Assembly: GCF_900232105.1 (NCBI RefSeq)
Contig: NZ_LT934425.1
Span: forward strand, 2,220,001 to 2,252,000
Direction: 5' to 3'
Length of the DNA stretch: 32,000 nucleotides
Source of the DNA: Candidatus Kuenenia stuttgartensis
Lineage (GTDB): Bacteria > Planctomycetota > Brocadiia > Brocadiales > Brocadiaceae
Shown: positions 25,855 through 32,000 of the stretch, one piece after another
Layout of the letters: each line of letters begins with the position of its first letter
How positions within the stretch are numbered: position 1 is the first letter of the stretch
The notes under the pieces: model-generated
The model's input: only the letters and a program-made list of their open reading frames with translations
Told to the model about the DNA's origin: nothing
The model's database searches: none
Made by a program: the position numbers and the translations under genes

Positions 25855-25959
25855 AGGGATAAGGATATAAAATATTTTTAGACCGGTATGAACAAAGGGA
25901 GCTTACCCCTCATCATAATTACTGTAAAGCTCAACGTGGAAACATGTTAGGAGTTAAAT

Positions 25960-26032
25960 GCCCCCAGCAGGATTCAAACCTGCAACCTTTGGCTCCGGAG
26001 GCCAACGCTCTATTCAATTGAGCTATAGGGGC
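25960..26032 (-). tRNA. tRNA-Arg (anticodon CCG)
   Basis: Reverse complement GCCCCTATAGCTCAATTGAATAGAGCGTTGGCCTCCGGAGCCAAAGGTTGCAGGTTTGAATCCTGCTGGGGGC folds as cloverleaf; anticodon stem TTGGC/GCCAA, loop CTCCGGA. Confidence 0.95.
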
Positions 26033-26380
26033 GTGGAAAATCTGATTTGCAATGTAATTTTACAAAAAATGGTTAATTTAAATCAAGGCTAATGTTTTTA
26101 ATACGTATTGGTCATTGGTCATTGGTCATTGGTCTTTCGTCTTTCGTCACTCGTCATTGGTAAACTGCTGACTGCCGACTGTAGATTGTAGATTGCCAAC
26201 TGCAGAAGGGACAATTAAATATTTTGCCAAAAAAAGCAAAGAAATTACCGATAAGGCACTAATTAATGCGGTCATCCATCGCATTCTTTTTTAATTGACA
26301 AAGATAGTTTCGTTGGTTTATAATCCGTTTTAAATGATTTAAATATAATAAGTTAGCATTGTCAAGGTTTTTGGTTTTAT

Positions 26381-27511
26381 ATGATAACGGCGGAAATTTT
26401 ATCTATGAAAATACCCTCTCAGGATTTAAAGCGGCAGTATAAAAGTATTCAAAATGAAATAGACGCTGTTGTTTTAGAGGTGTTGGCACAACAGTCTTTT
26501 ATTCTCGGACCCTACGTTGAGTCGTTCGAGAATAGTATGGCAAATTATTGCGGCGCTAAATACGCTATTGGGGTTTCTTCCGGTACGGATGCATTATTGT
26601 TGGCATTAATGGCATGTGGCATTAAGAGTGGCGACGAGGTTATTACAACGCCATTTACTTTTTTTGCGACGGCAGGTTCGATTGCACGATTAGGGGCATT
26701 GCCCGTGTTTGTTGATATCGATCCGGCAACGTACAACATAGACGTAAGCAAGATAGCCTCTGCGGTAAGTGGCAAAACGAAGGCACTTCTTCCCGTTCAC
26801 CTGTTCGGGCAATGCGCCGAAATGGATGCGATTCTTGAAATGGCGCAAACGAAAGGATTATATGTTATTGAGGATGCTGCGCAGGCAATAGGCGCTTTTT
26901 ATAAGGGGAAGCAAGCGGGAACGATGGGCGATGCAGGCTGTTTTTCATTTTATCCGTCGAAAAACCTGGGCGCTTACGGTGATGGCGGTCTTGTAACGGC
27001 AAATGACGATGAGATGGGGGCTTTGATTAAGGCACTGCGCGTACATGGGTCGAATACGAGATACTACCATGAATATGTTGGAATCAACGGCAGGCTGGAC
27101 GCCCTTCAGGCGGCCATCCTGCATACGAAGCTAAAGCATTTAAACGAATGGTCGGAAAAGCGCAGGACAGTCGCCACCTATTATGATGAACACTTAAGAG
27201 GGATGCCCGTAAGGCTTCCCGAAATTATGAACGGCAATACGCACATTTATCATCAGTATGTGATAGCTACGCCAAAACGCGACCTTTTGAAAGAACATCT
27301 TTCAGAACAGGGCATAGAGACGGTTATTTATTATCCCGTACCCCTTCATTTACAGAAATGCTTTGCGTATTTAGGATATAAACCCGGCGACTTGCCGGTG
27401 TCTGAAAAAGCCGCAGACGAAGTTTTGGCCCTACCTGTTTTCCCTGAAATTACCCGGGAAGAACAAGATTTTGTTATTGAGCAAATAAAGGATTTTTTCA
27501 CCCGTAAATAG
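26381..27511 (+). CDS. DegT/DnrJ/EryC1/StrS family aminotransferase
   Basis: 376 aa; AIGVSSGTDALLLALMA, EDAAQAIGAFYKGKQAGTMGDAGCFSFYPSKNLGAYGDGGLV with catalytic Lys context. Confidence 0.93.
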   Translation: MITAEILSMKIPSQDLKRQYKSIQNEIDAVVLEVLAQQSFILGPYVESFENSMANYCGAKYAIGVSSGTDALLLALMACGIKSGDEVITTPFTFFATAGSIARLGALPVFVDIDPATYNIDVSKIASAVSGKTKALLPVHLFGQCAEMDAILEMAQTKGLYVIEDAAQAIGAFYKGKQAGTMGDAGCFSFYPSKNLGAYGDGGLVTANDDEMGALIKALRVHGSNTRYYHEYVGINGRLDALQAAILHTKLKHLNEWSEKRRTVATYYDEHLRGMPVRLPEIMNGNTHIYHQYVIATPKRDLLKEHLSEQGIETVIYYPVPLHLQKCFAYLGYKPGDLPVSEKAADEVLALPVFPEITREEQDFVIEQIKDFFTRK

Positions 27512-27519
27512 CATTTTTT

Positions 27520-30369
27520 ATGAAAATAACACGCCTCCTTTTTACTCTCACCTTGTTTTTATTATTAAGCGCTCCTGCCTTTGCAGACAGCCTGCTTTCC
27601 GGCGGCAACCTTGCGCACAACCCCTTTTCTCTTTCTGCCAAACGTATAAGTACCTGGAAAAAAGAAGGAACCAGGGTCTTTATTGCTGAAAAGAATGCCG
27701 GTGTTTCGCAGGGGCCTTTTTATATCGTTGCGGACAATGTGGTTTGCTGGTTTCACGAAGAGGAATCGATGCAGTATGAAGACGCAATCATTGAGGTGTA
27801 TTGCGAAGGCGACGTAACGGTGTTTCATGGAGAAAATTACGAAAAATTTGAGCAGGTATACTTAAAATTTGTCACCTTGACAGGGATTGAGGTGAATCCG
27901 GATATATTACCAATAGTGTTCTTTGAAGAGGAACAACCAATGCCTTTTTTCCTCAGGGGAGAAGATATTCGTTCAAGGGGAGAAGAAGAGTTCCTGTCCA
28001 TGGAAACCCCTGATACGATAAAAACTAAAGACCAAAGGGAAAGGGAGGAGTTGATTGATATTATTGCGGATCAAATCGATTCATGGGAGGAGGGTGACAG
28101 GCGCATTGTTGTTGCCCTTGGGAATGTAAAAATCAAAAAAGAGGACATGACTATTGACGCAGATAGTATTATCTTGTGGTTTGATAAAAGTGCCTTGCCT
28201 GATGTGACACAACAATCCATGGCATTGCCTCTTAGCGAACTCTATGCAGAAGGCAACGTTACCATGCGCCGTGAAAATGATTTTCTCATTGCCGATCGTA
28301 TCTTTGAACAAATGACAGAAGACAGGGGGATTATTGTTGACGGCAAGATCAAGACAACTATTCAATCAGGCCAGGAGGAGGATGTTTCCGGCCAGGATGC
28401 CGCTTTCCGTTCCAAAAAAGACAAATTTGAAGGGCTAAAAGACTTGCCCGCTCATGTCACTGCGGAAGAAATACATCATGTAGGAAAAGGACGCTATGAG
28501 ATCGAAAACGGCCAGATAACTACGTGCGGTTATGGGCATCCGCATTATCATTTCAAAGGGAAAAAAATCCGGTTAATAAAGAGCGAAGAACATAATATTG
28601 TCTCTTCAAAATATAATTCTTTTTACCTCGACCGATATCCTGTGGCATATTTTCCTTACCTATCACTTGATATTCAAAAGAAGGAAAAGCTTTTAAAAGA
28701 CTGGGAGTTTGGAAGCTCTTCCCGATTTGGCACATTTATTCGTACAAATTGGGACCTCTATGTTGCTACCGGGGGAAAACAAAAAGAGTGGAGCGACCTT
28801 ATATTTAAATTGGACTACTTACAGGAACGCGGTATTGGTACAGGATTTGACTTTGGTTACCGTGGGCAGGATTTGTTTGGGTCAGTTGAAACATATTATC
28901 TGAATGACCAGGGAGAGTATGATATTAATCGCATACCTGTGGACGAAGAAGACCGCGGGAGCATATTATGGCGGCACCGGCAGGAGTTGCCGTACGATGT
29001 GCGCATGGATATGGAATATTCTTATCTGAGCGACCCAAGATTCCTGAGGGAATATTTACCACATGAATTCAAGACGGAAAAAGACCGCGAAACGGTATTC
29101 TATCTTCGAAGAACGGAGGATAACAGGGCGGCGACGTTTCTCGTAAATCAGCAATTCAACGGATTTGACACAACGGTAGATTCTTTAAGGGAAAAAAATT
29201 ATGCGGAACGGCTTCCTGAGGTAAAATACCAGATCATTAGCGAGCCTCTTTTGGACAACCGGATGTTGTTTTCATCAGAAAGCTCAATAACGTATTTTAA
29301 CAACACTGTTGAACAATCGGCTGATTTCCGGAAATACCATCCTACCCTTACCGGTTTTGATTCTGGAACGGTAAATGAAGCAACCGAAACCCGGCCGGTG
29401 GCAAGAATTGATAGTGTTGCCCGTGTAAGTTTTCCGTTTAAACCATGGATTTTTAATATTAATCCATTTGTCGAGGGGAGGGCTACCGGGTATTCTGAAA
29501 GCATAGACACCTCAGACGGGGTGGCGGAAGAACATGGGGATGTGACAGGTCGCTTTATTCCTACATTTGGACTTGACTGGAGTTCTACGCACTGGAGGAC
29601 ATATAGCGTATACAATGATTTTTTCAGGATTAATCGTTTACGTCATATATTTATCCCGGAGCTGCGTTATATTTACAGCCCTTTTGTTACTCGTGACCCG
29701 GGTGAATTGTATCAGTATGATGAAATCGATGCTTTGGATTCCTCTCAGATATTGGTTATGGGCGTGAAAAACAAATTACAGACAAAACGGGGGAAACCGG
29801 GACATGAAAAAACGGTGGATTTTATTGATTTCAACCTGGATTATTATATGTTTCCCACAAATTCCGGCATTTACACGGAGGGGATCAACGGGATTATTGT
29901 AAGAAAAGATAATTTTATTAATCTTGATTTCCGCTGCCAATTAAACGATATCGTTGCTATTGTTTCCGAAAGGAACGAATTTAATACTGAAGAGTTTCAG
30001 TTTGACGTCCTTTCTTATGGCGCGGAAGTGGTCAATCCCCCTGACTGGCAGTTTTTTGCAGGACATAGGTTTATCAGAGATATCAGTTCCATGATAATGC
30101 TTGCGGCAAATTACCAGATTAATGAAAAATGGAGTATTATGGGGAAGGAAAAATATGATCTGAAAACCTCGCTAGCCGATGATGATGACGGCGAGGGGAG
30201 ACGCGAGGAACGGAAAAATTTAAAAACAAGCTTTGTGCTGTCCCGTTATTTTCATGACTGGGTAGGAAGCATTACCCTTGAATTAGACCCCATTAGAAAT
30301 GATAATTCTTATCGCTTTGATATTAGCCCCAAGGGTCTTCAGCAAACCACGAGCCGCTTTTGGTTTTAA
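27520..30369 (+). CDS. lptD: LPS-assembly protein LptD-like (OstA-like N-terminus plus beta-barrel)
   Basis: 949 aa; signal peptide, PVAYFPYLSLDIQKKEKLLKDWEFGSSSRFG motif, FIPELRYIYSPF barrel region. Confidence 0.85.
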   Translation: MKITRLLFTLTLFLLLSAPAFADSLLSGGNLAHNPFSLSAKRISTWKKEGTRVFIAEKNAGVSQGPFYIVADNVVCWFHEEESMQYEDAIIEVYCEGDVTVFHGENYEKFEQVYLKFVTLTGIEVNPDILPIVFFEEEQPMPFFLRGEDIRSRGEEEFLSMETPDTIKTKDQREREELIDIIADQIDSWEEGDRRIVVALGNVKIKKEDMTIDADSIILWFDKSALPDVTQQSMALPLSELYAEGNVTMRRENDFLIADRIFEQMTEDRGIIVDGKIKTTIQSGQEEDVSGQDAAFRSKKDKFEGLKDLPAHVTAEEIHHVGKGRYEIENGQITTCGYGHPHYHFKGKKIRLIKSEEHNIVSSKYNSFYLDRYPVAYFPYLSLDIQKKEKLLKDWEFGSSSRFGTFIRTNWDLYVATGGKQKEWSDLIFKLDYLQERGIGTGFDFGYRGQDLFGSVETYYLNDQGEYDINRIPVDEEDRGSILWRHRQELPYDVRMDMEYSYLSDPRFLREYLPHEFKTEKDRETVFYLRRTEDNRAATFLVNQQFNGFDTTVDSLREKNYAERLPEVKYQIISEPLLDNRMLFSSESSITYFNNTVEQSADFRKYHPTLTGFDSGTVNEATETRPVARIDSVARVSFPFKPWIFNINPFVEGRATGYSESIDTSDGVAEEHGDVTGRFIPTFGLDWSSTHWRTYSVYNDFFRINRLRHIFIPELRYIYSPFVTRDPGELYQYDEIDALDSSQILVMGVKNKLQTKRGKPGHEKTVDFIDFNLDYYMFPTNSGIYTEGINGIIVRKDNFINLDFRCQLNDIVAIVSERNEFNTEEFQFDVLSYGAEVVNPPDWQFFAGHRFIRDISSMIMLAANYQINEKWSIMGKEKYDLKTSLADDDDGEGRREERKNLKTSFVLSRYFHDWVGSITLELDPIRNDNSYRFDISPKGLQQTTSRFWF

Positions 30370-30386
30370 TACACAGGGTGCAATCT

Positions 30387-30887
30387 ATGAGAACAGCAGT
30401 TTATCCGGGGATGTTTGATCCTGTTACAAATGGACATCTTGATGTTATCCGGCGGGGAAGTGTTATTTTTAGCGGACTAATTGTCTCTGTTGGATGTAAT
30501 CCGTTAAAACAAGCGTTGTTTTCTGTAGAAGAAAGAATGGAGATGATCAGGCACAATGTTAAGGATTTTAAAAACGTTGAAGTAGATTGCTTTGAAGGTA
30601 TGCTGGTGGATCATCTGGCAAAAAGAGGAACAAATATTATACTGCGTGGCATACGCACGGCATCTGATTTTGAATATGAACGGAACCGGGCATTAACAAA
30701 CAGGGTATTCGATAAAAATGCAGAAACAGTATTTGTAATGGCAAGTGAACAATATTTATTTCTAAACTCCGCCCTGATTAAAGAAACGGCCAGTCTGGGC
30801 GGAAACGTAAGCAAATTTGTCCCTCCGGACGTTGAAAGAGGTTTAATGCAAAAATTTAAACGCTTACAAAGAAAGAAGACGACATGA
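30387..30887 (+). CDS. coaD: Phosphopantetheine adenylyltransferase
   Basis: MRTAVYPGMFDPVTNGHLDVIRR, IILRGIRTASDFEYERNRALTNR; start assigned at the internal ATG at 30387 rather than ORF start 30360. Confidence 0.95.
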   Translation: MRTAVYPGMFDPVTNGHLDVIRRGSVIFSGLIVSVGCNPLKQALFSVEERMEMIRHNVKDFKNVEVDCFEGMLVDHLAKRGTNIILRGIRTASDFEYERNRALTNRVFDKNAETVFVMASEQYLFLNSALIKETASLGGNVSKFVPPDVERGLMQKFKRLQRKKTT

Positions 30888-31681
30888 AGGTTAACGTCCT
30901 TATTTTAGGCGATATTGTGGGTAGTCCGGGACGCACGATAATAAAAAACAAACTGAAATCTTTTATGGAGAAGGAAGAGATACATTTTTGTATTGCAAAC
31001 GGAGAAAATGCGGCAGCGGGGGCCGGCATTACAGATCAAATCACAAAAGAATTATTTTCTTACGGCGTGGATGTCATCACTATGGGCGACCATGTGTGGG
31101 ATAAAAAGGAAAAGGTTCACGTCCTGGAAATACATAAAAATATTATACGGCCGCTTAATTATTCTCCGTATGCCATTGGAAAGGGCTTTGTGGTTGCAAC
31201 GTCAAAGCTGGGATATCCCATTGGAGTGGTTAACCTGCTTGGCAGGGTATTCATGAAGCCCATAGATTGTCCTTTCAGGGGAGTGGAGAAGATTTTGGGG
31301 GTGCTTTCTAATGAAACGTCGATGATTTTTGTTGATATGCATGCGGAAGCGACCTCCGAAAAAATAGCAATGGGTTTGTTCCTGGACGGTAGAGTCAGTG
31401 CAGTTGTCGGTACCCATACACACGTAATGACTGCAGATGAAAAGATATTGCCAAAGGGAACTGCTTATATAACCGATATAGGCATGACGGGCCCTCATGA
31501 ATCCATATTGGGCAGAAAATCCGATTGCGTGCTAAAGGCGATTATGACGCAAATGCCCACGCGGTTCGAAGTGGCAGAGAATGATGTGCGGATGAATGGT
31601 GTAAAGATTGTTGTGGACAGCCAAACAGGAAGGGCCGAAAGCATAATGAGAATCGAAGTGAAAGAAAAAGAAGCAAGTTGA
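30884..31681 (+). CDS. YmdB-family metallophosphoesterase (TIGR00282-like)
   Basis: 265 aa; LILGDIVGSPGRTIIKNKL, CIANGENAAAGAGIT, VDMHAEATSEKIAMG, VVGTHTHVMTADEKILPKGTAYITDIGMTG. Confidence 0.93.
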   Translation: MKVNVLILGDIVGSPGRTIIKNKLKSFMEKEEIHFCIANGENAAAGAGITDQITKELFSYGVDVITMGDHVWDKKEKVHVLEIHKNIIRPLNYSPYAIGKGFVVATSKLGYPIGVVNLLGRVFMKPIDCPFRGVEKILGVLSNETSMIFVDMHAEATSEKIAMGLFLDGRVSAVVGTHTHVMTADEKILPKGTAYITDIGMTGPHESILGRKSDCVLKAIMTQMPTRFEVAENDVRMNGVKIVVDSQTGRAESIMRIEVKEKEAS

Positions 31682-31687
31682 GCAGCA

Positions 31688-32000
31688 ATGAATAATCTGT
31701 TTCCTCTTATATCAGATGCGGTAAGGAGTCAAAAGAGAATACTGACCATTTCCGGGATTACCGGTAAGATACGGAACTCGCTGGAACAGGGGTTTTCCCA
31801 CGTATGGATTACCGGAGAGGTGTCCAATTTAAAAAAACCATCCTCCGGCCACTTGTATTTGACGCTGAAAGATGAACATGCGCAGATTCAGGCGGTCATA
31901 TTTAAATCCGTCGCCAACTGGATAAAATTTGACTTAAAGGACGGAATGGAAGTCCTGGCCTTTGGTTCTATCACTGTTTACGAGCCCCGCGGACAATATC
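31688..32000 (+). CDS. xseA: Exodeoxyribonuclease VII large subunit, N-terminal part (runs off window)
   Basis: MNNLFPLISDAVRSQKRILTISGITGKIRNSLEQGFSHVWITGEVSNLKKPSSGHLYLTLKDEHAQIQAVIFKS. Confidence 0.9.
   Translation, partial: MNNLFPLISDAVRSQKRILTISGITGKIRNSLEQGFSHVWITGEVSNLKKPSSGHLYLTLKDEHAQIQAVIFKSVANWIKFDLKDGMEVLAFGSITVYEPRGQY

Overview
The window most resembles chromosomal DNA of an anammox-type planctomycete; that taxonomic guess is inference from gene content only. Housekeeping and metabolic genes lie at both ends: a DsrE-like/DUF442/rubredoxin cluster on the left, and MetV-like, MvhD-fusion oxidoreductase, YjbQ, nadB, tRNA-Arg(CCG), DegT aminotransferase, LptD, coaD, ymdB and xseA on the right. 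A repeat-rich accessory island sits between them, at about 3.0-20.9 kb. Its core is a minus-strand defence-like cluster. In transcription order it contains a PLD-nuclease/SNF2-type helicase, a decayed DUF1016 (YhcG-like) gene, an IS200/RAYT-like remnant with REP hairpins, a large Eco57I-class adenine methylase, a prokaryotic Argonaute of about 672 aa whose PIWI catalytic residues look lost, and a stand-alone SIR2-domain protein. The methylase, Argonaute and SIR2 genes are joined with 0-1 nt spacing. That suggests a composite restriction-modification plus pAgo/SIR2 unit, and it is the main finding. The island also holds a HigB-like toxin gene interrupted by one in-frame TAG next to an intact antitoxin, a DUF4258/DUF2283 pair, a nucleotidyltransferase fragment, and several families of short dispersed palindromic repeats. 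Two of these repeats are inserted in frame in the methylase gene. Family assignments come from reading motifs in the translations. No database search was run.
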